From: Chthonomonadales bacterium
GTDB taxonomy: Bacteria > Armatimonadota > Chthonomonadetes > Chthonomonadales > CAJBBX01
Direction of reading: 5' to 3'
NCBI GenBank assembly: GCA_037443035.1
Contig: JBBIPC010000001.1
Coordinates: forward strand, 320,001-384,000
Length of the DNA: 64,000 nt
Shown piece by piece: positions 39,569-50,075 of the stretch (position 1 is its first letter; each line of letters begins with the position of its first letter). Below the pieces are notes generated by a model. That model worked only from the letters and a program-made list of their open reading frames with translations, did not search any database and had not been told where the DNA came from. The position numbers were made by a program, and so were the translations under genes.

Positions 39569-40927
39569 CTAGAGCACGCCTTCCATGACGAACGATGCGG
39601 CAAACAGGACCGACAAGATCCACACTGCCGGCGGTACTTCGCGACCACGTCCGCTGAGCCAATGCAGGACCGCATAAGCGATGAATGCTGTTCCGATGCC
39701 GCGAGAGATACTCATCGTCAACGGTATAACGATCATGGCGAAGAAGGCAGGCAGTGCCCGAGCTGCATCGCCGAAGTCCACTTCCCGGACCACGGACATC
39801 ATCAAGAAGCCCACGACGATGAGAGCTGCTGCTGTTGCTTCCGGAGGAACCGCGGCCGCCAGCGGCGCAACGAACACGCAGGCCAGGAACAAGACGCCCA
39901 CGACGACGCTCGTCAGGCCCGTGCGTCCACCCTCTGCCACACCCGATGCACTCTCCACGTATGTCGTCACGGACGAGGCAGAGCAGAATCCCCCCCATAT
40001 GGCCCCGAAGGAGTCCACTAGCAGAACGCGATTGAGACGGGGCAGCGTCCCATCCGGTTGGAGGTGACCCGACTTCCCGGTTACGGCGATCACTGTTCCC
40101 ATCGTGTCGAAGAAATCCGTGATCAGGAAAGCGAAGATCGTCGCAATGAGGGCAGGTTGGAGAGCTCCCCTTACGTCCAGCTTCGCCACTGTCGAAAAGT
40201 CGGGCATGGACACAACGGCATCGGGCGGCTTGGAGACACCTGTTACGTACGCGAGGCCAGTTGTCAGAATGATCCCCAGAAGAAGGGCGCCCCGTACACC
40301 GCGCACCATCATCGCGGCGGTCACAATCACGCCGAACGTCGCCAGCAGCGCTCCCTCGGTGCGGAAGTTCCCGACGGGCGGCACGAGCAAGGGTACGCCA
40401 CCTGGCCCCGGAGTGGAACTGATCCAGTGCGCTCCGTGAAGGCCCACGATCGCGATCAGGAGCCCAATGCCAACGGCAATGGCGCGTTTCAGGTCCACGG
40501 GGATGCAGTTCATGACCCATTCGCGCGTCTTTGTCAGGACGAGCACGGCCACAATGCAGCCCTCGATGAAGACCACTCCCATCATGGCTTGCCAGGTGAT
40601 GCCGTGAGCGGCACTGATCGCCGCTGCAAGGGCCGCATTGAGACCCAAGCCGCTTGCCAGAGCCAGAGGATAGTTCGCCCAGAACCCCATGAGCAGGGTG
40701 GGCACGGCTGCGGCGATGCACGTCGCAGCGACGGTCGCAGTCTGGGACGGCCCCTCACCAGAAGCGGGATGGGCTAGGATGGAGGGGTTGACGACGATGA
40801 TATACGCCATCGTCATGAAGGTGGTAATGCCCGCAATGACTTCCGTCTGTACGTTCGATCCGTTTTCCCGGAGTTGGAAAAGACGGTCCAGTGGACCACC
40901 GCCTGTTGGCGATTGGCTCTTGCGCAT
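39569..40927 (-). CDS. NCS2/AzgA-family purine (adenine/guanine/hypoxanthine) permease
   Basis: EVIAGITTFMTMAYIIVVNPSIL, ANYPLALASGLGLNA, DFFDTMGT, TTYVESASGVAEGGRTGL. Confidence 0.92.
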   Translation of the reverse strand: MRKSQSPTGGGPLDRLFQLRENGSNVQTEVIAGITTFMTMAYIIVVNPSILAHPASGEGPSQTATVAATCIAAAVPTLLMGFWANYPLALASGLGLNAALAAAISAAHGITWQAMMGVVFIEGCIVAVLVLTKTREWVMNCIPVDLKRAIAVGIGLLIAIVGLHGAHWISSTPGPGGVPLLVPPVGNFRTEGALLATFGVIVTAAMMVRGVRGALLLGIILTTGLAYVTGVSKPPDAVVSMPDFSTVAKLDVRGALQPALIATIFAFLITDFFDTMGTVIAVTGKSGHLQPDGTLPRLNRVLLVDSFGAIWGGFCSASSVTTYVESASGVAEGGRTGLTSVVVGVLFLACVFVAPLAAAVPPEATAAALIVVGFLMMSVVREVDFGDAARALPAFFAMIVIPLTMSISRGIGTAFIAYAVLHWLSGRGREVPPAVWILSVLFAASFVMEGVL

Positions 40928-40945
40928 GACCCGCCGCCCTCCTCG

Positions 40946-41470
40946 TCAGTCGTAGCGCACCAGAGTGAGCACCTCCCTGCCCTTCAGCATCTGCCGGCCG
41001 TGCAGGAATGCCAATTCGATAACGAACGCCAGGCCACAGACCTGACCATTCACACGCTCCACCAGTCTCACCGCAGCCGCTGCTGTCCCACCAGTAGCCA
41101 GCAAGTCGTCTACGATGAGCACCCTTGACCCGGACGAAAGAGCATCTGTGTGCATCTCGATGGCGCCGCTTCCATACTCCAACTCGTACTCTTCCCGGAC
41201 CGTAGTGTAGGGCAGCTTCCCGGGCTTCCGAATGGGAACGAACGGTACGGACAGACGCAGAGCTATAGGAGCCCCGAAAATGAAGCCCCGGGATTCGATC
41301 CCGGCCACGGCCTGCGCGTCCACCTTCTCCGCGAATGCCGTCAGCGCGTCCACGACCTCTTCCAGCGCGCCAGCGTCGGCAAGGAGTGGCGTGATGTCTT
41401 TGAACACGATGCCGGGCTTGGGGAAATCCGGTATGTCACGGATGAGATTGTGCGCCCTAAGCTCTGCCAC
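40946..41470 (-). CDS. apt: Adenine phosphoribosyltransferase
   Basis: IPDFPKPGIVFKDITPLL, IRKPGKLP, LEYG, VDDLLATGGT; SD AAAGGAG before GTG 41470. Confidence 0.96.
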   Translation of the reverse strand: MAELRAHNLIRDIPDFPKPGIVFKDITPLLADAGALEEVVDALTAFAEKVDAQAVAGIESRGFIFGAPIALRLSVPFVPIRKPGKLPYTTVREEYELEYGSGAIEMHTDALSSGSRVLIVDDLLATGGTAAAAVRLVERVNGQVCGLAFVIELAFLHGRQMLKGREVLTLVRYD

Positions 41471-42527
41471 GGTGCTGACGACTCCTTTCTCGATGCAACT
41501 GCGCGAGTGCGGCCGGCTTCGCGGCGACAACCCCACATTCTGTGATCAATCCCGTGATCAACTCTGCCGGCGTTACATCGAACGCAGGGTTCCAGGCGTG
41601 CACCCCTTCCGGGGCGAGGCGAATGCGGTCTATGTGGGTTACCTCTGCCTCCGACCGCTCCTCGATGGGAATGTCATCGCCGCTGGGAAGGTTCATGTCG
41701 ATGGTGCTCGTCGGCGCAGCCACGTAGAATGGCACATTGTGCTTCCTCGCAACGATCGCGAGCGCATAGGTACCGATCTTGTTGGCTGCGTCTCCGTTCG
41801 AAGCAACCCGATCCGCACCTACGATGACCACGTCTATCTTCCGCTGCCGCATGAGCCAGGCTGCTGCTCCGTCCACGATAACCGTCACAGGAATGCCGTC
41901 CAGCGAGAGTTCCCATGCGGTCAGTTGCATGCCCTGAAGCCGCGGCCGTGTCTCGTCGGCGTATACGTGACGAACAACGCCCGCTTCGTAACCCGCCCGC
42001 ACAACTCCAAGCGCCGTACCGTACCCCACGGTAGCCAACGCACCAGCGTTACAGTGCGTCAAGACGGCGCAGCCCGGCGAGAGGACGCTGAGACCGTGGC
42101 GGCCGATGGCGTGGTTCACTCGCACGTCTTCCTCGAGCATCGCAACCGCCTCCGCTTCGGCTGCATTCGCGGCTTCCGGCCCTGTCCGATCTCCTATGGC
42201 GCCCAAGACGCGATCGACAGCCCAGAAGAGATTGACCGCAGTTGGGCGAGCAGCCTTCAAGAGATCGGCAGCCTTCCTCACGGCCGCAGCACTCTCGGCA
42301 GGCGGAAGAGCGCAGGCAGCCTTAGCGGCAAGCGCCAATCCAAGCGCTGCTGCACAACCGATAGCCGGCGCCCCACGAATTGCCATGTCCCTGATCGCTC
42401 TCGAGACGTCATCGCACGTATGCAGTTCCAGCACGACCAGGCGATGGGGCAATTCTCTTTGGTCTACGATGCGGACCGCACCTGCTTCGTAAGCTACCGT
42501 TGGAGGAAGTGATGCACGCTCCATCAC
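41457..42527 (-). CDS. mtnA: Methylthioribose-1-phosphate isomerase
   Basis: DQRELP, IRGAPAIG, RPTAVNL, THCNAGALAT, ETRPRLQG, NKIGTY, NPAFDVTP. Confidence 0.96.
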   Translation of the reverse strand: MMERASLPPTVAYEAGAVRIVDQRELPHRLVVLELHTCDDVSRAIRDMAIRGAPAIGCAAALGLALAAKAACALPPAESAAAVRKAADLLKAARPTAVNLFWAVDRVLGAIGDRTGPEAANAAEAEAVAMLEEDVRVNHAIGRHGLSVLSPGCAVLTHCNAGALATVGYGTALGVVRAGYEAGVVRHVYADETRPRLQGMQLTAWELSLDGIPVTVIVDGAAAWLMRQRKIDVVIVGADRVASNGDAANKIGTYALAIVARKHNVPFYVAAPTSTIDMNLPSGDDIPIEERSEAEVTHIDRIRLAPEGVHAWNPAFDVTPAELITGLITECGVVAAKPAALAQLHRERSRQHRGRA

Positions 42528-43333
42528 GCGCTGATCCCGGCCATCTGGAGGGCGTGGTGTGCTGGGCTGTCCAGATCCGGCGGTATCGCCTGAGCCAGAT
42601 CGAGGACGACTTCCCGGATCCGTGCGCTGTTCCGCGCGAACACCTGCCTTACGGCTTCCGCTGTCACCGGAGGCACCTTGCCCTCTGCCGCCAAGCCGCA
42701 GTCGTAGTCCGTGACGAGCGCGATGTTCACGACGGCGATCTCCTGCTCGAGAGCGAGATGCGCTTCAGGATACTGCGTCATGCCTACAACATCCCAGCCC
42801 ATGCTGGTGAACCAGTGGCTCTCAGCGCGTGTCGAGAAGCGGGGGCCATTGATCACGACGATGGTTCCCCGTTCATGGACCGTAACGCCGTGCCGTCGGA
42901 TGACTTCTGCGGCGAGCTTCCGCAGCAGAGGGCAGTACGGCTCGGCGCCTCCTACATGGAACACCTGCGGACCGTCGTAGAAGGTGTCCGCACGACCATG
43001 CGTCCTGTCCACATACTGGTCGCACAATACAAAGTGTTCTGGTTGGATGTGAGGCTGCAGACTGCCGACTGCACAGGGGCTGATGAGAAATCGAACCCCC
43101 AGGGACTTGAGCGCCCAGATATTGGCACGGTAGTTGATGCGATGCGGTGGTATGGTGTGGTGTCTGCCATGGCGTGGCAAGAAGGCAACGCGGCGCCCCC
43201 CGACCTCTGCGAGAACCACTTCGTCGCTAGGCTCTCCATAGGGCGTCTCGATCGTCGTGCGGACGGCGTTCTCGAGTAGGCTATAGAAACCGCTGCCGCC
43301 TATGACGCCAACATCAGCCTTCGGTTCGCTCAT
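42524..43333 (-). CDS. mtnP: S-methyl-5'-thioadenosine phosphorylase
   Basis: GVIGGSG, RHGRHHTIPPHRINYRANI, GPRFSTRAES, VGMT, VTDYDCG (MTAP-type DYD). Confidence 0.92.
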   Translation of the reverse strand: MSEPKADVGVIGGSGFYSLLENAVRTTIETPYGEPSDEVVLAEVGGRRVAFLPRHGRHHTIPPHRINYRANIWALKSLGVRFLISPCAVGSLQPHIQPEHFVLCDQYVDRTHGRADTFYDGPQVFHVGGAEPYCPLLRKLAAEVIRRHGVTVHERGTIVVINGPRFSTRAESHWFTSMGWDVVGMTQYPEAHLALEQEIAVVNIALVTDYDCGLAAEGKVPPVTAEAVRQVFARNSARIREVVLDLAQAIPPDLDSPAHHALQMAGISA

Positions 43334-44027
43334 CCTCAAGTCCCTCCTCCTGCATGGACTCTAGGGCACGCGCCGCAGCTAGCTGCTGCGCCCGTTTCTT
43401 GCTCGCCCCGTGCCCGCGACCAAAGATCTTGCCACGAACGGACACGCTGGCAGTGAACACGGGCTGATGGTCCGTGCCTTCCGCTCGCTCCACCCGGTAT
43501 TCGGGGAGCACGTGCCACTTGGCCTGGGTGAGCTGCTGGAGCCTAGTCTTCGGATCATCGAGGACCGTTCGGTCATCCAAAGTCTTGTAGGCGTCCGCCA
43601 AGGAAGCGTTGACAACGCGTCGTGCAGTACGATAACCACTGTCGAGGAAGATGGCACCAATGACCGCCTCGTACACTGCAGCCAAGACCGAACGCTCTGC
43701 CCTGGTACCGAGCTGGTCCATGGCGCGTCTCACAGGGTCCATATCGTACAGACCCATGGCCCGCGCCGCCTCCGCCAGCACCTCGCGGCTCACCAGTGTC
43801 GCCCGACGCCGGGCCAACTCACCCTCCGAAACCCCGGAGAACTTGCGGTACAGGTACTCGCTTACCGCAATTCCCACCACAGCATCTCCCAGGAACTCCA
43901 GCCGTTCGTAACTCATCAGAGGACGATCAGGAACCAGCGAAGGATGCGTGAGGGCAGCCTCTAGCAGCTCCGGTCGCCGGAGCGTCAAGCGGAGCTTCTC
44001 CAGTAGAGATGCGACAGAGGTCGTCAC
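43314..44027 (-). CDS. rnc: Ribonuclease III
   Basis: ALTHPS, ERLEFLGDA, EAVIGAIFLD, dsRBD with SKKRAQQLAA. Confidence 0.95.
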   Translation of the reverse strand: MTTSVASLLEKLRLTLRRPELLEAALTHPSLVPDRPLMSYERLEFLGDAVVGIAVSEYLYRKFSGVSEGELARRRATLVSREVLAEAARAMGLYDMDPVRRAMDQLGTRAERSVLAAVYEAVIGAIFLDSGYRTARRVVNASLADAYKTLDDRTVLDDPKTRLQQLTQAKWHVLPEYRVERAEGTDHQPVFTASVSVRGKIFGRGHGASKKRAQQLAAARALESMQEEGLEDERTEG

Positions 44028-44656
44028 GGTATCATCGCCAACGAGACCAGGAGCATGCCGGCGTACCCAAGAATGAGCGCAATCGTCAACGAGATGCCGA
44101 CGATGGCCCACACCCGCTGCACTCGCTGGAAGTGCTCCACGCTATCGAAACGTCTGTTCTTCCAAGCCCACTCGTTGCCTTTGAGGCCGAGCACGACGCT
44201 AACAGGCAGTGAGAGCAATCCGCAGAAAGCACCGAGGAGCGACAACAAGCCCCAGAGCGGGAGGTTCATGGCGAAAGCCCATACGCACCCGAGCGTGCAC
44301 CCACCCCAGTTCCAGCCACCTCGTATCTCGGCCGGAACGTCGTCGTCATGGGTATGGGGAGCCACAGCCTGAGCACGGCCGCCAGGTCCCACGAACCTGA
44401 CCGGCTGCGGAGCTGCTGGATCCACGCGATACCCCCGCGGCGCACGACAGATCCGACATGCGGTGTCATACCGTGCGAGCTGGGACCCACACACCAAGCA
44501 TTGCGATAGCCCACTGCCTTGCCTAGGTCGCGAAACGAGTTCTCGCGTCGCATCTCGTGCCTCGTCTCGAGTATCCGCCGGCACGAGCCTCTGTCCGCAT
44601 TGGCCGCAATATACGTCGTCTTCACCTGCTTCTGCGCCGCACGCGGGACACTGCAA
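44024..44656 (-). CDS. Zinc-ribbon membrane protein with WNWG...GNEWAW domain
   Basis: CPAC/CGQC and CLVC/CRIC pairs; C-terminal TM region WNWGGC...LGLKGNEWAW...QRVW. Confidence 0.7.
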   Translation of the reverse strand: MQCPACGAEAGEDDVYCGQCGQRLVPADTRDEARDATRELVSRPRQGSGLSQCLVCGSQLARYDTACRICRAPRGYRVDPAAPQPVRFVGPGGRAQAVAPHTHDDDVPAEIRGGWNWGGCTLGCVWAFAMNLPLWGLLSLLGAFCGLLSLPVSVVLGLKGNEWAWKNRRFDSVEHFQRVQRVWAIVGISLTIALILGYAGMLLVSLAMIP

Positions 44657-44665
44657 GGCAGCTAC

Positions 44666-45928
44666 CTAGAATGGACGTCGTAGCAGTATCGTTGCATTGT
44701 GGCCGCCAAAACCGAAGGAGTTCGACAGGGCATAGCGCACCTCTCTCTTGACCGCTTGGTTCGGCGTGTAGTTCAGGTCACACTCAGGATCCGGTCTCTC
44801 CAAATTGATGGTCGGAGGGATCGTGGACGTCTCCATCGCTAGAATCGTGATAATCGCCTCTACCGCGCCTGCAGCACCGAGCAAGTGCCCGGTCATGGAC
44901 TTGGTGGAACTGATCGCCACCCGGTACGCATGTTCGCCGAACACAGTCTTGATTGCCATGGTCTCGAGAGGGTCGTTGGGGATTGTTGAAGTACCGTGGG
45001 CGTTGATGTAATCCACATCGGCAGGCGTGACCCCAGCGGTGCAGAGCGCCATGGCCATCGCGCGAGCGGCCCCCTCACCGAGTGGGGCTGGAGCCGTGAT
45101 GTGGTACGCGTCTCCTGTCATGCCATAGCCTACGACCTCGGCACGAATGCGCGCACCGCGAGCTTGTGCATGCTCCAGCGATTCCAAGATCAAGACCCCT
45201 GCTCCCTCGCCCATCACGAAGCCGTCACGGTCTGCATCGAAGGGTCGGCTGGCGCACTCAGGGTCGTCGTTCCTAGTCGAAAGGGCTCTTGCGGCGCAGA
45301 ATCCGCCGAGTCCCAGACGGCACATGGGAGCCTCGGCGCCCCCGCAGATCATCGCCTCCGCGTCGCCGCGGCGGATGATGTGATACGCGTCACCGATGGC
45401 ATGCGTGCCCGTCGCACATGCGGTTACCACTGTGCTGTTGGGTCCTTTGGCGCCAAAGATAATGGAAACCTGCCCGGATGCCATGTCCGAGATGAGCATC
45501 GGGATGAAGAACGGACTGATCCTGCTCGGTCCCTTCTCATACAGCACTTCGTACTGCTTCTCCAATGTCTGTATGCCGCCGATACCTGACCCGATCAGGA
45601 CACCGATCTTGTCAGCATTGTCCGGGCCGATTTTCAACTGCGCATCTTCCAGCGCACAGCGGGTGGCTGCCACCGCGAACTGAGCGAACCGGTCCATGCG
45701 ACGGGCGTCCTTTCGGCCCATGTACTGCTCAGGGTCGAAGTCTCTGATCTCGGCAGCGATCCGCGTCGTGAAGGCACTCGCATCGAAACTCTGAATGTGA
45801 CCAACCCCTGAACGGCCGCTGACGATGTTCTGCCAGAAGCTTGCCACATCCAGGCCAAGAGAGGTCATCACCCCCATGCCCGTAACGACGACTCGTCTTC
45901 TTGGACTACCGAGATCAGAGACCCGCAT
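44666..45928 (-). CDS. fabF: 3-oxoacyl-ACP synthase II
   Basis: [40 protein letters not shown]. Confidence 0.97.
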   Translation of the reverse strand: MRVSDLGSPRRRVVVTGMGVMTSLGLDVASFWQNIVSGRSGVGHIQSFDASAFTTRIAAEIRDFDPEQYMGRKDARRMDRFAQFAVAATRCALEDAQLKIGPDNADKIGVLIGSGIGGIQTLEKQYEVLYEKGPSRISPFFIPMLISDMASGQVSIIFGAKGPNSTVVTACATGTHAIGDAYHIIRRGDAEAMICGGAEAPMCRLGLGGFCAARALSTRNDDPECASRPFDADRDGFVMGEGAGVLILESLEHAQARGARIRAEVVGYGMTGDAYHITAPAPLGEGAARAMAMALCTAGVTPADVDYINAHGTSTIPNDPLETMAIKTVFGEHAYRVAISSTKSMTGHLLGAAGAVEAIITILAMETSTIPPTINLERPDPECDLNYTPNQAVKREVRYALSNSFGFGGHNATILLRRPF

Positions 45929-45946
45929 GACCCACTCCTACGGGAA

Positions 45947-46183
45947 CTAGCCCTTCGTCTTTTCCTCGATGTACTGCACTGCGTCCCCGACCGTCCGGAT
46001 CTTCTCGGACTCTTCGTCCGGGATATCGATCTCGAACTCGGTCTCGAGGTCCATCACGAGTTCCACCACATCGAGAGAATCGGCGCCAAGGTCCTCGACG
46101 AATGATGCCTCGAGCGTGATTTCGTCCTCGCTCTTGTCCAGCCGCTTGGCAATAACCTTCTTGACGCGGTCAAACGTCGTCAT
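45947..46183 (-). CDS. acpP: Acyl carrier protein
   Basis: [14 protein letters not shown] phosphopantetheine site. Confidence 0.97.
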   Translation of the reverse strand: MTTFDRVKKVIAKRLDKSEDEITLEASFVEDLGADSLDVVELVMDLETEFEIDIPDEESEKIRTVGDAVQYIEEKTKG

Positions 46184-46253
46184 CTTTTTCCTCCCCTGGT
46201 ATTAGGTACTGTGAAAAGCTGCGGAGCCCAAGCCCCAATCGTTTTCGCGGCGT

Positions 46254-47006
46254 CTACATGAATAGCCCGCCATCCACCTGTATGACCTGACCCGTTACGT
46301 AAGCCGCGTCCTCCGTGCAGAGGAAACAGACAACGCGAGCCACGTCATCAGGGCTGCCCAGCCGTTCGAGCGGTACCATTTTCTTCATCTCCGCCCGCAG
46401 TTCCTCCGGCAAAGCATCGGTCATCACTGTCTCGATGAAGCCTGGCGCTACAGCGTTGGCAGTGATATTGCGCGAGCCAAGTTCCTTCGCAGTAGTCTTG
46501 GTGAGCGCTATCAGTCCTCCTTTGCTTGCCGAGTAGTTCGCCTGGCCCTTGTTCCCAACAATGCCCATGACGGAAGCGATATTGACGATACGTCCACTGC
46601 GCTGTCGCAGCATCAGGCGTGCTGCCGCCCGAGTACAGAGGAACGCCCCTTTCAAGTTCACGTCGAGCACGGCATCCCACGCTTCTTCGCTCATGCGCAA
46701 CAGGAGATCGTCCCTCGTGATACCGGCGTTGTTGACGAGGATGTCCAATCCTCCCCAGGCATCCACCAACTTGCCGAACATCGCTTCTACCGAGGCTGCA
46801 TCCGCCACGTTAGCAGATATGGCAAGCGTCGGGCGCCCGGTCGTTTCGGCGACCTCCTTCGCGACACCCTCAGCATTCTCTGGCACGATGTCACTGACCG
46901 CCACGCGTGCTCCCTCGTTAGCGAGCGCCAGGGCGATGGACCGTCCGATTCCTCGTCCAGCCCGACCTGCGCCAGTTACCAGTGCCCGTTTGCCCTCCAA
47001 CCTCAT
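46254..47006 (-). CDS. fabG: 3-oxoacyl-ACP reductase
   Basis: NNAGITRD, YSASK, NAVAPGFI, YVTGQVIQVDGG; ATGA overlap with fabD. Confidence 0.96.
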   Translation of the reverse strand: MRLEGKRALVTGAGRAGRGIGRSIALALANEGARVAVSDIVPENAEGVAKEVAETTGRPTLAISANVADAASVEAMFGKLVDAWGGLDILVNNAGITRDDLLLRMSEEAWDAVLDVNLKGAFLCTRAAARLMLRQRSGRIVNIASVMGIVGNKGQANYSASKGGLIALTKTTAKELGSRNITANAVAPGFIETVMTDALPEELRAEMKKMVPLERLGSPDDVARVVCFLCTEDAAYVTGQVIQVDGGLFM

Positions 47007-47971
47007 TCTTCGTTCTCCTCTAAGGGGCGCGAACCAAGCTGCTCGATGGCCCGGATCGCTGCCTCCACGTCCTGCATTGTAATGCAAACGGCTGACGGCT
47101 CTGTCCGTTTCATGAGACCAGTCAGCACTTCTCCCACACCGACCTCCACGAACGGACCCAGCCCGTCCGAGACGAGCCTCAGCATGCTCTCACGCCAACG
47201 TACACGTCCGGCGACCTGATCCTGCAGGTTCGTCCTGATGTCCGATGCTGAACGGCAGTAATCGGCAGTGACATTGCTTACGACGGGAATAGCTGCATTT
47301 CGGATATCTGCACTCTGTAAGTGTGCACCCAGCGCTGCCGCGGCTTGCTGCATCAGTGGTGAGTGGAAGCCACCAGATACAGCCAACTGAACCGCACGTT
47401 TGGCGCCCTTCTGCCGTGCGATGGCGAGGGCGGCTTCCACAGCAGCCAATTCGCCGCTGATGACTACCTGTCCTGGGCAGTTGTCGTTCGCCACGACCAC
47501 GACTCCTGCGCTCGCTGCTTCCGCGCAGCACTCCTCCACTGTCTGGACCGACAGTCCCAAGATAGCAGCCATGCCACCGGGTGTGGCGCTTGCGGCCTCG
47601 TGCATGAGCGAACCCCTTGCACGGACCAGTTCGAGGCCCGTCTCGAAGGTCCACGCACCAGCAGCGTACAGCGCGGCGTACTCACCGACACTGTGACCCG
47701 CTACGGCCGATGGCTTGGGCAGAGAGGTGGCCTCCTGCAACGCAGCCAGATATGCACAGGACGTGACATACAGTGCAGGCTGGGTTATGTCTGTTCGGGA
47801 AAGATGCTCCATGGGGCCGTGTTCGCACAGCGACGCAAGATCGTACCCTAAGATGTCCGACGCCCGGTCGTACAGTTCGGTCGCGGCCTTAGAGAGTTGC
47901 CGCACGGAAGCGCCCATACCTACGCGCTGTGACCCCTGCCCTGGAAACAGGAACACGAGGCGGAACGTCAT
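47003..47971 (-). CDS. fabD: Malonyl-CoA:ACP transacylase
   Basis: FPGQGSQ, TQPAL, GHSVGEY, VSGGFHS. Confidence 0.96.
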   Translation of the reverse strand: MTFRLVFLFPGQGSQRVGMGASVRQLSKAATELYDRASDILGYDLASLCEHGPMEHLSRTDITQPALYVTSCAYLAALQEATSLPKPSAVAGHSVGEYAALYAAGAWTFETGLELVRARGSLMHEAASATPGGMAAILGLSVQTVEECCAEAASAGVVVVANDNCPGQVVISGELAAVEAALAIARQKGAKRAVQLAVSGGFHSPLMQQAAAALGAHLQSADIRNAAIPVVSNVTADYCRSASDIRTNLQDQVAGRVRWRESMLRLVSDGLGPFVEVGVGEVLTGLMKRTEPSAVCITMQDVEAAIRAIEQLGSRPLEENEE

Positions 47972-48990
47972 GGCGCTGCTCCGCAGCCCGGCTCGTCCCG
48001 ACACCAACGGACAACATTGGCCGCCCAAGTCAGGCCAGCCCCAAATCCAACGAACACAAGGACGTCGTTGCGCGCAATGCGCCCGCCTCCCACCGCCTCG
48101 GCAAGAGCGATGGGTACCGAGGCCGCCGATGTGTTTCCATAGCGCTCTACGTTGTTGAACACCCGGCCTTCATCCAGACCCATGCGCTCTGCAGCGGCAC
48201 GTATAATGCGGATATTAGCCTGATGAGGAATGAACAGACTGACCTCGTCGGTCGTCAAGCCTGAGTTCTCCAGCGCCCGCAAGCACGCTTCCCCCATGAT
48301 CTTGACGGCGAATCGGAAAACCTCGCCACCTCGCATCACCATCTTGTCGAGTCGGCCTGCCAGCCGGTCCTCGGTCACGGGCATACGCGTGCCGCCCGCC
48401 GGCACGTATAGGCTCCGGACGTGGGCGCCATCGCACCCGAGCGCGGAACCCAGCACGCCTTCGCTCTGCTCGCATGGACCCAGGATCACGGCACCCGCGC
48501 CGTCGCCGAAGAGAATGCACGTTCGCCTGTCCGACCAGTCCACATACTTCGTTAGGGTATCTGCGCCCACGAGGAGGATGTAGCGCATGGCCCCGGATTC
48601 GATCAGCGAAGCCGCCACGGACAGGCCGTAGCAGAAGCCCGCGCATGCGGCGGACAGGTCAAACGCCGCTGCGCGACTGGCTCCGAGAGCGTCCTGAACA
48701 ACACAGGCCGTAGCGGGCCACGGATAGTCGCCTGAACACGTTGCGCACAGCACAAGGTCCAGATCTTCCGGTCGAACGCCTGCATCGTTCAGCGCCTCTT
48801 GGGATGCCGGGATGGCGAAGTCCGAAGTGCTCTCATTCTCGCCTGCAACACGCCGTTCGCGAATGCCAGTCCGCTCGACGATCCACTCATCGGAAGTATC
48901 CACTATCCGCTCCAGATCGGCATTCGTCAGTATCCGCTCGGGCAGTGCCATGCCGACCCCGAGGATCCCTGCGCGGCGTCTCGTGACCAC
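47968..48990 (-). CDS. fabH: 3-oxoacyl-ACP synthase III
   Basis: DTSDEWI..RTGIRERR, AACAGF, FGDGAGA, HQAN, GNTSAAS, GFGAGLTW; start set at GTG 48990. Confidence 0.96.
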   Translation of the reverse strand: MVTRRRAGILGVGMALPERILTNADLERIVDTSDEWIVERTGIRERRVAGENESTSDFAIPASQEALNDAGVRPEDLDLVLCATCSGDYPWPATACVVQDALGASRAAAFDLSAACAGFCYGLSVAASLIESGAMRYILLVGADTLTKYVDWSDRRTCILFGDGAGAVILGPCEQSEGVLGSALGCDGAHVRSLYVPAGGTRMPVTEDRLAGRLDKMVMRGGEVFRFAVKIMGEACLRALENSGLTTDEVSLFIPHQANIRIIRAAAERMGLDEGRVFNNVERYGNTSAASVPIALAEAVGGGRIARNDVLVFVGFGAGLTWAANVVRWCRDEPGCGAAP

Positions 48991-49001
48991 GGCCAGCCAA
49001 C

Positions 49002-50057
49002 CTAGTTGCCCGCATGTGACGAGGGCGACGCCGCGCACTTGCGGCTGTGTAGATCGGCAATAGCATGCTCCAGGGCACCTACTAGCTGCGTGCCGGCGGC
49101 TTTGGCTGCCGCGCCGATCGCGTTGCTCACAGCGACGGCATCGGAGCGTCCGTGCCCCACAATACAGACCCCGTTCACGCCGAGCAGTGGCGCCCCGCCG
49201 AACTCTCGGTAGTCGAGGCGGCGCCGGAGCCGCCGCATGGCAGGATGCAGAGGAAGAAGCGCCAATTTCATCCACGGGTGCCGGGTCAGCTCCTCGCTCA
49301 TGACCGTCAACACCAGTGCAGCCACGCCTTCGGCGCACTTCAGCATGACGTTACCGGAGAAGCCGTCGCATACTACCACGTCAACACGCCCCTCAAATGC
49401 TGCGCCTGCCTCGATGTTGCCCACGAACTCCGGTACACACTGTTTGAGCAGCTTGTGCGCCTGACGCGTAGACTCGCGTCCCTTCGTCTCCTCTTCACCG
49501 ATGGAGAGCAGGGCCACGGTTGGATTCTCGCGACCCAAGACACGCCTGCAGTACACGAGTCCCATCACTGCGAACTCGAGGAGCTGGTTCGGCTCGCATT
49601 CAGCGTTGGCACCCATGTCCAACATGACCGTGGGAAGCTGCTTCGTAGGCACTACAGCCGCGATCGCGGGACGGTCGATGCCTTTCACCCGTCCCAAGTG
49701 GCGCATGGCCGCGGCCATTGCCGCACCTGTGTTTCCGATCGAGACGCAGGCATCTGCCCTGCCCTCCCGGACAAGTCTAGCCGCGACCGCCACGGACGCT
49801 TCACAATCCGGCTTGTAGGCCTCCGCGGGTCTGTCCTGGGGGCGGATGACGTGTGGCGTGTGCCGCACGCTCACTCTTCCTTGTTCGCATCTAAGTGCCT
49901 GAACCTGTCTGCCGATCTGGGCTTGATCACCAACGACAATGAGATGCGCCACTTCGGGAAGATTCTGCGCCGCGAGGGCTACGCCCTTGACCACCTCCTG
50001 AGGTCCCTGGTCGCCGCCCATGGCATCAACGGCGATACGCAATCCCTGGCTCGTCAT
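49002..50057 (-). CDS. plsX: Phosphate acyltransferase PlsX
   Basis: IAVDAMGGD, GNTGA, LDMGAN, IGEEETKG, DGFSGN, GGAPLLG, GHGRS. Confidence 0.96.
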   Translation of the reverse strand: MTSQGLRIAVDAMGGDQGPQEVVKGVALAAQNLPEVAHLIVVGDQAQIGRQVQALRCEQGRVSVRHTPHVIRPQDRPAEAYKPDCEASVAVAARLVREGRADACVSIGNTGAAMAAAMRHLGRVKGIDRPAIAAVVPTKQLPTVMLDMGANAECEPNQLLEFAVMGLVYCRRVLGRENPTVALLSIGEEETKGRESTRQAHKLLKQCVPEFVGNIEAGAAFEGRVDVVVCDGFSGNVMLKCAEGVAALVLTVMSEELTRHPWMKLALLPLHPAMRRLRRRLDYREFGGAPLLGVNGVCIVGHGRSDAVAVSNAIGAAAKAAGTQLVGALEHAIADLHSRKCAASPSSHAGN

Positions 50058-50075
50058 CTACGGCTGCGGCCGCCG

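Noticed and set aside
39537..40721. 621-aa ORF 38856-40721 as one long protein
   Set aside because: The upstream ~395 codons overlap the NCS2 permease in another frame and read as low-complexity GC-rich shadow; a good SD supports the start at 39536
41232..43279. Long + strand ORFs (426 aa, 259 aa) opposite mtnA/mtnP, and similar antisense ORFs elsewhere
   Set aside because: Typical stop-poor antisense frames of high-GC genes, with no recognisable motifs
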